Under the pieces are notes generated by a model. The model had not been told where the DNA came from, did no database searches, and saw nothing but the letters and a program-made list of their open reading frames with translations. Shown here one piece after another: positions 50,087 to 59,681 of a stretch of DNA of 64,000 nt; the first letter of the stretch is position 1, and each line of letters opens with the position of its first letter. A program made the translations under genes and the position numbers. Source of the stretch: Candidatus Latescibacterota bacterium (GTDB lineage: Bacteria > Latescibacterota > UBA2968); contig OZ220741.1 of NCBI GenBank assembly GCA_965116885.1, positions 160,001 through 224,000 of the forward strand, in the 5' to 3' direction.

Positions 50087-51103
50087 TTAGAAGCCAACGC
50101 CAACAGAAACGCGAATGGGATATTCATCAAGCGCCTCAGCCCTTGAATACGATACATCCACACCCACACTCTGATCGCCTAACTTCTGACGCAAGCCTGC
50201 ACCCACTGTCCAAGACTCGGAATCATAACCGATCTTATAGCCACCACGCAACGCCAGCATGTTCTGTACCCATGCTTCCGCGCCAAAGTGATAACGGTTA
50301 ATCGAGTCTGTGAAGAACATCTGTTCTACTGCCACTGTCACGGACAGCGGATCGCCCAGATTCCCATAGACTTCAGCAGCACCCGACAGGTTGAACACCA
50401 TCGGGAAACGCGCCTTCTGACCAATCACGTCCTGGTCGCCGCCCAGGTTGCGCATCGACATACCAAGACGCGTCGAATGGAATCCCGTGTAAAAGAGCGT
50501 TCCAAAATCTATGTCATAAGACGAATACGACTGCAAATCCAGGTCTTCCTGAACCCAGCGAAGATTACCACCCACACTCAACTTATCCGTCACCTGCTTG
50601 GCAATGGTCAACCCAACAGCCATGTCGCCTGCGGTGGCCATACGTCCCGTGCCGCCGGGTTGAGATGAGGTCGTCTCTTCAAATTCATCCGTGGTAAAAT
50701 ACGCAAAGTTGACGGCAAAGGTCGCCACATTCGTCTTGGCACCAATGGCAAACGTCCCCATTGAAGACCCCACAATCCACTTCAGATAAGATGCTGTCAG
50801 CGCGTAGCGCTCTATCTGCGTTGCTCCTGCAGGGTTGTAAAAGACCGCCGACAGATCATTGCCAACAGACGAATACGCATCGCCCATACCTGCTGAGCGC
50901 GCATTGCCCGTCAGCTTCAAAAATCCATAAGACGTCGTCGTAACACGAGCATACTTAATCAGATCTGTTTCCGGGGGGACGCGCGTCCTATCCACGGGAA
51001 AAGGTCCTAATGAATCCTGAGTCGGCCGCTCTTCCTGAGCCTGTGCATACATCGGCAGGGCAAGCGCAACAGCCAGACCGAAGAGCAGTGCTTTCTTAAA
51101 CAT
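50087..51103 (-). CDS. PorV/PorQ-family (UPF0164) outer-membrane barrel
   Basis: FLKL..NARSAGMGDA, FYNPAG, D.G..FYTGF.S.RLGMS.RN.G, LALRGGY, C-terminal VGF. Confidence 0.82.
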   Translation of the reverse strand: MFKKALLFGLAVALALPMYAQAQEERPTQDSLGPFPVDRTRVPPETDLIKYARVTTTSYGFLKLTGNARSAGMGDAYSSVGNDLSAVFYNPAGATQIERYALTASYLKWIVGSSMGTFAIGAKTNVATFAVNFAYFTTDEFEETTSSQPGGTGRMATAGDMAVGLTIAKQVTDKLSVGGNLRWVQEDLDLQSYSSYDIDFGTLFYTGFHSTRLGMSMRNLGGDQDVIGQKARFPMVFNLSGAAEVYGNLGDPLSVTVAVEQMFFTDSINRYHFGAEAWVQNMLALRGGYKIGYDSESWTVGAGLRQKLGDQSVGVDVSYSRAEALDEYPIRVSVGVGF

Positions 51104-51139
51104 TGTCTTTCTCCTTTTTTATGTCTGACGCTTCGCGCC

Positions 51140-53797
51140 TTACTTGATGATCACGAATGTGCCGGTCTGCGTTTTGCCTTCTGATCCCGGCATCAGAGAG
51201 GTGACTTTCCAGAAGTAAATACCCGGGAACATCGCCTCACCAAAGTTGGAGGGACGATTCTCCGCAAGCTGGATATACGTCACTTCGCCCTTCAGAGGAT
51301 CCTGATTGTAGAAGGTCCAGATCCGCTGACCCGTCACATCGTAAAGGTCGATCTGACAGCGACCTGGCAGATTCGTAAACCGCATATTCTGCTGGCGGTT
51401 ATACGTATGCAAATCGCTATCTACCTTGAACGGATTGGGTACCACGCGAACCTGCTCTTCGAGGCGATCAAACACCGCTGCACCAGGAACAACGGGAACA
51501 ATACCCGAGCGAGAACCATACACAGAACCCAGAGAGGTGCTCTGCGAGGCTTCAAGGACATCGACGCTGCTCACGCCATTCCAATCACCGTGACCAGAGT
51601 CATACATACGCACACTATACCAGTTGGGAAAACCAGCATTGGTACCCTGATCGTCAAACAGATATGTGCCGGGAATCTCAGGACCAGCAGCGGGATTGAG
51701 ACCACCGTGCACACCAGCATCAACGTACTGATTCGTCAGCAGCGGAATACCCGTTGGCCAGGAGCCGCTCTTCACCGTTGTCCACGTACGAGAAGGATCA
51801 TACGAAACACCCGTGGGCAAATTGCCCGCACGCGCATCCTCGAATGAAAACTCCGTCACATACTCCCACTCGCCCTGATACTCCACATTGGAGCGATAGA
51901 TGCGATACCCGCGCAAATCCTGTGCCCCGGCGCCAGAATAATCTGGATCCATTGCCTCTTCGCCAAAGACACTCCACCGAATCTGCGTCTTACCCTGAAG
52001 GTTGGAATCCCACGCCACCTTGGTATTCGGCGGCTGATTGGGAAGATCATAACCCCAGTTATACCACTGAATCGCATTCTCAAAGTGATCGAACAGCACA
52101 TCTTCACCAAGGGGAATCTCGGGCTGGCGATCTGCCAATTCCGTAGGCTCAGATCCCCTGCCACCGTAGTGGTTCATCCACCCCATGTTAAAGGGCATGG
52201 CATACTTCTTGTAATCGTCATACTTGGCATGATCTGCTGCCAATCCCGCCACATAGGCGACCACCACTTTGGCCTTCTCACCTGGTGCCAGCGTGTAAGG
52301 TCCATAAGATACCAGCGTGCTGTAATGCCCAGGCGTTTCATTTTCAGCAGTATAGCCGCCATTGGCAACCGCGTCGTAAATCTGAGCATCGCCCGCACGG
52401 TCTGGCGAGGGATAGTCAAAATCATTCTTACCGCGATAGCCGTGGAAAAGCACCGAAGCGGGCTGTTGCATGCTCTCATCGTGCCCTGTGGCTGGATTGT
52501 CGTGGGGTGCCACATACATCGCATCATCCACGCCGCCATAGCGCATAAACGGCGGGAAGGCATCCACAGTGCCCAGACCAAAATACTGACCGTGCTGAAT
52601 CATCCCTTCGCGCACCCACGTCTGTTCGCGGGTATAGCGCTCACGGGCAATGGCGTAGCGATAGGGATCGCCCAGATCATTGATCAAATTGGAAATGTGA
52701 TCGGAGTCCCCATCGTGGTAATACGTCATAAAATGACCGTCATTGGCAAGATCAACACCGCGCTGCAAACCAGCAGATCTGCCAAGCGCAGAGGTGTAAT
52801 CCCCACGGCTGACGCCGTTGAGGTAATTGGGTGCCAATGTATTGCGATAATAATCATCGCGCGTGTAATCGCGCGGACGATTCCAAGAGGTTGACCGCCA
52901 GCCCGATGCCTGACCCGCGTGGAAGCGGTTGGCAAAGGTGATATACACACCTTCAGCCGTCGAACCCGAATTGTTCACCACTTCGTTGTCAACGACAAAA
53001 TACTCATCGTGATCGGGATGTGCCGTGGAAAACCACTTGCGCGTCCACTCCAGACCCGTGGCAGAAGAACCGCCTTCTTGAATACCAATCAACTCGGGAA
53101 AATCATCTTCAGACAGAGATTCCACCCACGAAGGCGCACTGTACTGTGGCAATTCTCCAGAACCAATGCGATTGGCAAAAGGCTCATTGCTGTTGTAGCG
53201 ACCAAAACGGAAGTTCCAGACCACAACAGCGATATTCGTTCCAGGACCTGGACTGTCTATGCCGTGGGCTTTGGGCCACCAGTTGGTCTTGCGGTCATGA
53301 ACTGTTGACCCCGCGATATTGGGTGCGTCCGCACCACTATCTCTGCGAATCGCCATTGCCCAACTCCCATCTTCTACAACGCCTACATAGGCTTCGGGCA
53401 TCTGCGTCATATCGTGGGGGCGACCAATCAGGTCTGAAGACGTAATACGCGGACCTGCATACGTACCTTGGGGGCTACCACCCGTATTGGAAAGCACCCA
53501 GAAGCCTTCACCACCTGTATTTGACTTGGCATTCCAGCCTTCGCGCTCAGAACCGCCCGAATACACCTTGATATTGCGGCCCTGAGGATACGAAAACGAA
53601 GACTGTGCTAACTTTGTCTCGTTATCTTTCTTTCCCGTCATGCCCGGATTGTGGAGCGTGTGACCGATTTGACCCCGGGACATCGAGATTCTGGCATTGC
53701 CGGGCCATTGAGCCTGAGCCTGTGTGACCAGACCCGCCAGGCACATGCCAACTCCGGCGAAAAATCCGGAAGCGTAAAACCAGAGCTTTTTGGACAT
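51140..53797 (-). CDS. Large exported protein with T9SS type-A-like C-terminal sorting domain
   Basis: Signal peptide AQA|Q, GPYTLAPGE, GYRIYRS (Fn3-like), VRVVPNPF...FTNLP...IDLYDVTGQ...GIYF...FVIIK. Confidence 0.75.
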   Translation of the reverse strand: MSKKLWFYASGFFAGVGMCLAGLVTQAQAQWPGNARISMSRGQIGHTLHNPGMTGKKDNETKLAQSSFSYPQGRNIKVYSGGSEREGWNAKSNTGGEGFWVLSNTGGSPQGTYAGPRITSSDLIGRPHDMTQMPEAYVGVVEDGSWAMAIRRDSGADAPNIAGSTVHDRKTNWWPKAHGIDSPGPGTNIAVVVWNFRFGRYNSNEPFANRIGSGELPQYSAPSWVESLSEDDFPELIGIQEGGSSATGLEWTRKWFSTAHPDHDEYFVVDNEVVNNSGSTAEGVYITFANRFHAGQASGWRSTSWNRPRDYTRDDYYRNTLAPNYLNGVSRGDYTSALGRSAGLQRGVDLANDGHFMTYYHDGDSDHISNLINDLGDPYRYAIARERYTREQTWVREGMIQHGQYFGLGTVDAFPPFMRYGGVDDAMYVAPHDNPATGHDESMQQPASVLFHGYRGKNDFDYPSPDRAGDAQIYDAVANGGYTAENETPGHYSTLVSYGPYTLAPGEKAKVVVAYVAGLAADHAKYDDYKKYAMPFNMGWMNHYGGRGSEPTELADRQPEIPLGEDVLFDHFENAIQWYNWGYDLPNQPPNTKVAWDSNLQGKTQIRWSVFGEEAMDPDYSGAGAQDLRGYRIYRSNVEYQGEWEYVTEFSFEDARAGNLPTGVSYDPSRTWTTVKSGSWPTGIPLLTNQYVDAGVHGGLNPAAGPEIPGTYLFDDQGTNAGFPNWYSVRMYDSGHGDWNGVSSVDVLEASQSTSLGSVYGSRSGIVPVVPGAAVFDRLEEQVRVVPNPFKVDSDLHTYNRQQNMRFTNLPGRCQIDLYDVTGQRIWTFYNQDPLKGEVTYIQLAENRPSNFGEAMFPGIYFWKVTSLMPGSEGKTQTGTFVIIK

Positions 53798-54008
53798 GGA
53801 TACTGCTCCTCTATAGGAGTGATTGATGACATCTTTACTACTTGCGATCTACTGCGTTACCCCGGCGACTTCAAGCGAAAATATTGACCATCCCTCCTCT
53901 CTGCGTGAAGTCGGCAGTGTGCAGGCGCCCCTGCACACCACTTCAAAACCCTTTTAATCTACATTATATTATAAACTAACCTTTGGAACCAGAAGTTCCC
54001 TTTTTTTA

Positions 54009-54034
54009 GAAGGGCGCGGTTTTGCGCGCCCTTC
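54009..54034. other. GC-rich hairpin immediately after the TBDR stop (mRNA stabiliser or weak terminator)
   Basis: GAAGGGCGCG-N6-CGCGCCCTTC, with no U-tract on the sense (-) strand. Confidence 0.55.
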
Positions 54035-54040
54035 CGCAAT

Positions 54041-57000
54041 CTACCACTTGATGCGCAAGCTGAATTGCATCTCGCGCGGAGAATCCCAATAGTTGCCGAT
54101 ATCGTTGATTTCCGGTGCTTGCAGACCCAGCGCAAGAATATCGACATTGGTAGGCTCTAAGCCCATGATTCCATATTTCTGATAGCGATCAGAATCCCAA
54201 TCTTCCGGGACCCCACCAAGGGCATTCTGGCGCCAGTCCTTCTGATTGAACAAATTGTAGATCTCCACAGCCACGGTTATGTTCACGCCCGACATATTGC
54301 CAAACACCTTCTCGGCATTGAAGTCTGCACGCGTATGGAGGGGACCTTGACGGAATCCCTGAATACCACCCGTGCTATACGTAAACCTGTTACCCGCGTA
54401 GAGATAATACACCAGATTGGAACGAATATTGCCCAGTGCTTTGCCACCAAAAGGACCGTAATTCGATGGCGTCGCAAACAAGAACGTAATCGAACCATAG
54501 CTGCGGCGGTCGGCGGTCAGCGGGGCGCGCTCGCCAGATTCCTGGTTGTGCGCCACTGCCAGCGTGCCTTCGCCACTTCCCGGATTGCCGGGATGGTTGC
54601 CAGCGCGTTCCCAGTATTCCCTATCTCCATCGTCGTAATGACCCAGACTCGTGCGGGCTTCATTGGCGATAAACTGCGCGCCTTCTGACGAATAGTGAGA
54701 ATACCAGGGAATCCACGACCACGCACCACCGGTGCCGGTGAAATTCACTATTCTGGTATGTTGGGTCCGCAAATAAGTATTCGCCTGGTTTCCATACGCC
54801 TCAATGTAGTGATTATCGGGTAACCCTTCGCGACGCGCTTTTTCCTGCAATGACACGGGAATCTCTGCACCCGTCGTGGGATCGACATCCCAGGAGTTCC
54901 AATAGTACCCACTGGCTACGAACTGAGAATCCGGCCATACATCGCGGCGGTGCGCGCTATTGCGCCCTCCGTCTGCCCACTGCAGGTTGTAGCCCACATT
55001 GAACGAGAACATGTTCGAGAATTTCTTGCGCAAATTGATCTCGAAACCGCGAACATCGCGCCAGTCGCCCGGCCCATGGCCTTGAACGCCCGTCACGTAC
55101 TGATGGCCTCCTGGATCGATCCACTGCTGTGAGGCGCCTCTGATCCTATTGCCCGACGCCTTGTAAAAAGTCGTCAAACCGAGCACATAATCGCTCACAA
55201 AGTTCCAGTCTAAGCCCACCTCAAAAGAAGTGGTTTCTTCGGGCGGCAAATACGGCGTGCCGTGTCGTGAACCCGAGTCATTGAATTCGTTAAACTGTTC
55301 GCCGGGATCAATCACGCCATTGCCATTCAGATCCCTATCCACGGCCTCATTGGACGTGAACTGGTTCATGAACATTTCGTTGAATTTCGGGCGCTGCGTA
55401 AACCGACCATAGAAGAAGCGTACGAGGCTCTTTTCCGTAATCGGATGCGACACGCCAACGCGAGGCTGAAATGCTTTGATCGTGGGTCCCTTGGTTGTGG
55501 GAATATAGGCGGAACGCGTCATGCCATTCCAGGGAGCCTTAGCACCGTACCAGGCATCGGAGTCTTTGATATAGGTATTCGGGAAGAAAAGCTCGCCCCT
55601 TATACCCGCATTCACAATCATTCCCTCAAACTCGATCTTGTCCTGAATATAGACACCAAAATCAAGGGGATTGAGGCCCACATTGTCCCCATTGGGCCAG
55701 AATGCTGTATCTGTATAATTCTTGGAGAACCAAAGAAGGCTACGGTGCGTGGGACCATTAGACCACCGCTGCTGATGCCAGTTGTTGTAGCGGATGATTT
55801 CCACGCCGGCTTTCACAAAGTTCTGCTTGTTCACCTGGCTGGAAAGATCTGCCTTAAAGCTCAACCGCTTGTGGCTATACATGCTCCAGTTGTGCGTTTC
55901 GCGGTAAATCGTGTAGTGACCTGCCGCATCCTTCACACTCGAAGACGTCAGTTTGTCACCCACCACAAAGTGGGGATGAAATCCCGTCGTGTCGCGCGTC
56001 GTCGTCGAATAGCCCAAATTCACTTCGTAAAAAGTCTTGGGAGACAGAGAATGCGTCACAGCACCGTAAAACAAGGCATCTGTGGTAACGTGGTTACCCG
56101 TTGGATTTACGACGTGCAAAAAGATATTTTTACCGCTGTTGCGCAAATCCAATCTGCCGCCTTCGCTCGGGCCACCAAAGGTCCCTTCACTGCTATTGTA
56201 AATCCCCCCTAATCTCAATTTCAAGCTGGGAGAAGCAGAAAACGTCAGCTTCCCCGTATTCCGCGTATTTGGGGGCGTCGTCAAATTGGCATTCAACAAT
56301 GAATTTGGCTCTTTGCGCCAGACCGTACTGGCAAAAAATGTCATGTCCTGACTCAGCGGACCCGCGATATTGGCATCGATGCGATGTCCCATTTTGCCCG
56401 TGTAGTCCAGACGTTTGTGCGCCTGCACGATGTCATTGGCACCATCGCCATCGAGATCAGCGGGGATCTCGACCTGCTCTGCAACCCAGGCGGCATTATC
56501 CCACTGGTTGCTACCCCGGTGCATGGGCGAATCGTACACATTCGCACCCCAGTGCTTCTGTCCGGCAGGTGTGAATCGATAGTCCAGCATACCGCTGTAT
56601 GACGAGCCACCATCGCGCGTCACCATCGAAACCACGCCACCCTGGGCATTGCCATACTCGGCGTTGTAACCACCCGTAATCACCTGGAGTTCCTGAACCG
56701 CACTCTTGTTCAAGCTCCGTCCAATACCCGTGCGAGAACCATAGGAGTCGGTCGTTGAAATGCGAACGCCATCCACGATGTATGCCACATCCTCGCGGTC
56801 GCCGCCGCGGATCATAAGATCATCGCCTTCGGCATCGATTGAAACACCAGCCTGAAGCTCGATGAACTCGCCCATATCGCGCACGATGGGCACGGCCTCG
56901 AGATCCTCGGCACTCATAATATACTTACTCGTCGTCTTATCTGGCTCAACCGGCGGACGCTCTGCAATCACCGTGATTTCGCCCAATTCCAGAGCTGCCT

Positions 57001-57316
57001 CTCGAATCTGGAAATCAACCGTCGTCGTCAAGTCAGTTTGAACCCTGATGTCGGTCTGGCGCTGTGAGTCATAACCCACCAGCGAGGCTGTCATTGAATA
57101 CGTGCCGGGATCGACGAGCAAAATCACAAAAAATCCATCGCTATCGGTGACCGCACCGCGCTGTGTGCCTTCAATCACCACATTGGCACCCGGCAATACC
57201 TCACCCGTCTGCGCATCGCGCACTGTACCCTGCATTTTTCCCGTTGTCGCGGCATACGAAACACCCGCGCTAACAAGCAAGGACAGCACAACTATTGAAA
57301 GTATCTTTTGCATCAA
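54041..57316 (-). CDS. TonB-dependent receptor with CarboxypepD_reg-like domain and EF-hand-like loops
   Basis: TGK..GTV.D..TGE.LPGANV, IRGG, TGGYNAEYGNAQGGVV, YIQDKIE, PRVGVSHPIT, DLDGDG and DLNGNG loops, PRE...SLRIKW. Confidence 0.9.
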   Translation of the reverse strand: MMQKILSIVVLSLLVSAGVSYAATTGKMQGTVRDAQTGEVLPGANVVIEGTQRGAVTDSDGFFVILLVDPGTYSMTASLVGYDSQRQTDIRVQTDLTTTVDFQIREAALELGEITVIAERPPVEPDKTTSKYIMSAEDLEAVPIVRDMGEFIELQAGVSIDAEGDDLMIRGGDREDVAYIVDGVRISTTDSYGSRTGIGRSLNKSAVQELQVITGGYNAEYGNAQGGVVSMVTRDGGSSYSGMLDYRFTPAGQKHWGANVYDSPMHRGSNQWDNAAWVAEQVEIPADLDGDGANDIVQAHKRLDYTGKMGHRIDANIAGPLSQDMTFFASTVWRKEPNSLLNANLTTPPNTRNTGKLTFSASPSLKLRLGGIYNSSEGTFGGPSEGGRLDLRNSGKNIFLHVVNPTGNHVTTDALFYGAVTHSLSPKTFYEVNLGYSTTTRDTTGFHPHFVVGDKLTSSSVKDAAGHYTIYRETHNWSMYSHKRLSFKADLSSQVNKQNFVKAGVEIIRYNNWHQQRWSNGPTHRSLLWFSKNYTDTAFWPNGDNVGLNPLDFGVYIQDKIEFEGMIVNAGIRGELFFPNTYIKDSDAWYGAKAPWNGMTRSAYIPTTKGPTIKAFQPRVGVSHPITEKSLVRFFYGRFTQRPKFNEMFMNQFTSNEAVDRDLNGNGVIDPGEQFNEFNDSGSRHGTPYLPPEETTSFEVGLDWNFVSDYVLGLTTFYKASGNRIRGASQQWIDPGGHQYVTGVQGHGPGDWRDVRGFEINLRKKFSNMFSFNVGYNLQWADGGRNSAHRRDVWPDSQFVASGYYWNSWDVDPTTGAEIPVSLQEKARREGLPDNHYIEAYGNQANTYLRTQHTRIVNFTGTGGAWSWIPWYSHYSSEGAQFIANEARTSLGHYDDGDREYWERAGNHPGNPGSGEGTLAVAHNQESGERAPLTADRRSYGSITFLFATPSNYGPFGGKALGNIRSNLVYYLYAGNRFTYSTGGIQGFRQGPLHTRADFNAEKVFGNMSGVNITVAVEIYNLFNQKDWRQNALGGVPEDWDSDRYQKYGIMGLEPTNVDILALGLQAPEINDIGNYWDSPREMQFSLRIKW

Positions 57317-57328
57317 TTTTTACCTCCT

Positions 57329-58102
57329 TTAATCCCAGAAATAGAATTTGAACCCGGCACTCAGATCAAACATCTGAAGCGGAAATGCCTTGTCCAGGCC
57401 CCACGCATCGCGAGGGCGGAGTTCGCCGAGAATAAAATGATACCGCGCACGCACATCCAGCGCGATCGTCTGCGTCACATGCGCTTCCAACCCCAACCCC
57501 AACACTGCGGTCACGGCCGTGCGCGTATCTTCCTGACGGTCCATCACCACCTGGGGCAAAATATCGCCCTGGGCATCCACATTCGTCGCATCTACACCGT
57601 TGGCATCGGTCGGACTCTGCCCGGGCCAAACGATATTTTCTGCTACGGTCTTGTGATCGTACACACCGCCACCCGCAACGATATAGGGTGAAAAACTCCC
57701 CTCATCCATTGAACGGTCTGCATTAAAAAACCACAATCCGGACAACAGCACGCTATTAAAGCGATTCGTGTGCGAACTATTTGGGTTGATATCTTTGCTG
57801 CTATATTGTTTGGCAGTCAAAGCCTTGGGGGACCAGGTAAACTGACCGGTTTCCAGAGCGCCACCGTCCATCTGAGTGTGGTGAAACTCGGCTTCAACGG
57901 TCAGACGAGAGCTACTCACACGACTGGCAGTAAGCCCCCATTTATCCACACCACTGCCAAACCGCTCACCAAAGGTGAACATGGGATTCGTATAGCTGAC
58001 AAACCCGCCCAAACCCCATTTGCCGGCAACCTGAGCCGATGACATGCTTGCCGAAGCCAAAACACCTGCGACGACAAAACCTAAAACTTTATACCATCTC
58101 AA
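57329..58102 (-). CDS. Small outer-membrane beta-barrel protein (OmpA/OMP_b-brl-like)
   Basis: Signal peptide, SPYIVAGGG, GLGLE, LDVRARYH, SAGFKFYFWD. TTG start with AAGGAGG SD. Confidence 0.75.
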   Translation of the reverse strand: MRWYKVLGFVVAGVLASASMSSAQVAGKWGLGGFVSYTNPMFTFGERFGSGVDKWGLTASRVSSSRLTVEAEFHHTQMDGGALETGQFTWSPKALTAKQYSSKDINPNSSHTNRFNSVLLSGLWFFNADRSMDEGSFSPYIVAGGGVYDHKTVAENIVWPGQSPTDANGVDATNVDAQGDILPQVVMDRQEDTRTAVTAVLGLGLEAHVTQTIALDVRARYHFILGELRPRDAWGLDKAFPLQMFDLSAGFKFYFWD

Positions 58103-58359
58103 AGTGCTACCTCCTTTCGCAAACTGCGAAAAATGAACGACTTAACAACTTTACTATGCAACGCAAAACAAATCTGTACGCTATTCACCACCTCCTTTTG
58201 TTTGTTATCACATCTGAAACATATAGCCAAAAAATAGCTATCAAGACACAACAGATTGAAACTTTGTTTCAAAATTGTTTCCAAAAATTCGCTTTAATGT
58301 AAAAAAAAGTAACACGCTATGCAATCATTTTTTTTAGCAATCACTTACAATGCAAACAC

Positions 58360-58431
58360 GGGCGAGGCAGGCCTCGCCCCTACGGCCATTCCACGCCGCG
58401 ATGACGGGACGGCACAGGGGCCGTCCCCTAC
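58360..58431 (-). repeat. Two GTAG-type REP palindromes in tandem
   Basis: GGGCGAGGC-AG-GCCTCGCCC-CTAC (58360-58383) and GGGACGGC-N6-GCCGTCCC-CTAC (58406-58431). Confidence 0.75.
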
Positions 58432-58451
58432 GCCGATAACCCAATACCTCC

Positions 58452-58482
58452 CCTCTGTGTTCATCCGTGTTAATCTGTGGTT
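58452..58482. repeat. Decamer triplet (CATCTGTGTT family) overlapping the cytochrome stop codon
   Basis: CCTCTGTGTT CATCCGTGTT AATCTGTGGT T. Confidence 0.75.
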
Positions 58483-59681
58483 GAATTTCTCGCCTCTAAT
58501 CGCAACCGCTTTGCCTCCGTGCGGATCTTATCCATCTCCATCTTCATCCGCACAATACCCTCCCAATGCGTATAATCTGGCGAATGGTGATACGCCGCCT
58601 TAAACGTGGTCGCGTGATAAAACTTGAACAACCTGAAAAACGCCTGTTCAATCTCCGATGTATTTTCGTACATCTGCTGCCCGCCCAGTTCAAAAGCGTG
58701 TCCAACCACTGGATTCGCCGGACGGTCCTCCGGCATCGGATCCAGCATTTTTTCATCGTACAACGCCTTAATCACCGCATAAGACTCTGCAACCAGCGCG
58801 TCTGCCTCGCGCTTAATCGCATCCGCGCGCTCGAGACTCTCGCGAGAAAATCGATTGGAATGACACGGCGCGCACACCTGCAACATCGCATTCCGATTCG
58901 CTTCAAACGCCTCTCTCGTCAAACGCTTCATCGCCAGATGCGGCAAAAAATCCTCCTCGAGTACCGCACCCGTAAACACCGCACCCAACCCAATATTTGC
59001 CACATGCCCGTGATCGCCATTGGGCATGTGGCACGTCACACAACTCGGCGACTTCTCGGCATCCCTATCCGCATAATACAAAACCCCGTGAATACTCGTC
59101 TTATACGCCTCCATCACCGGATGGTCCGGACCGCCGTGACAAACGGCACATGCCTCGGGTTCTCGCGCAAGCGCAGCACTAAATTCATGACTCGGATGAC
59201 AAGTATTGCACCCCCCCACGCTACCATCGGCAAACCGGGCACCAATGTTGTGACACCCCATACACCCCTCTTCTTGCATCGCGCGCGACTGCGCCAAAAA
59301 ACGCGCATCCGACAACGCGGCCAGTTCCGCATCGGCATGCCCGCTCTCTGCAAATGCCTCGACCTCTTCTGCATGGCATTTGCCACACATACCCGCCGAC
59401 ACCTGTCCCCGAACAGCAAAAACCGTCTCGTGGTTCTCCCCATGACAATCCGCACACCCCACATTGGCTCGAAAATGGGCACTCTCGCGCCACTGCTTGT
59501 CCATGCCCGGATCGATATTCCGATGGCATCCTTCGCACGACTGGTCACTCTGGATGCGCCACAAAAAACCCGGGTGTTCAGCAAACCGAACCGCCTCCTC
59601 GGGCTGCAACAAATAAAACACACCAAAGACGCAACCCAACGCCAGCACGCCAACACCGACAATTTTCATCCAGACCTTCAC
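58470..59681 (-). CDS. Octaheme cytochrome c, hydroxylamine oxidoreductase (HAO)-like
   Basis: N-terminal TM anchor; 8 CxxCH (CEGCH, CADCH, CGKCH, CMGCH, CNTCH, CAVCH, CVTCH, CAPCH); HEFS...AREPE, GPDHP...S.HG, HHSPDYTHWEG. Confidence 0.8.
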   Translation of the reverse strand: MKVWMKIVGVGVLALGCVFGVFYLLQPEEAVRFAEHPGFLWRIQSDQSCEGCHRNIDPGMDKQWRESAHFRANVGCADCHGENHETVFAVRGQVSAGMCGKCHAEEVEAFAESGHADAELAALSDARFLAQSRAMQEEGCMGCHNIGARFADGSVGGCNTCHPSHEFSAALAREPEACAVCHGGPDHPVMEAYKTSIHGVLYYADRDAEKSPSCVTCHMPNGDHGHVANIGLGAVFTGAVLEEDFLPHLAMKRLTREAFEANRNAMLQVCAPCHSNRFSRESLERADAIKREADALVAESYAVIKALYDEKMLDPMPEDRPANPVVGHAFELGGQQMYENTSEIEQAFFRLFKFYHATTFKAAYHHSPDYTHWEGIVRMKMEMDKIRTEAKRLRLEARNSTTD

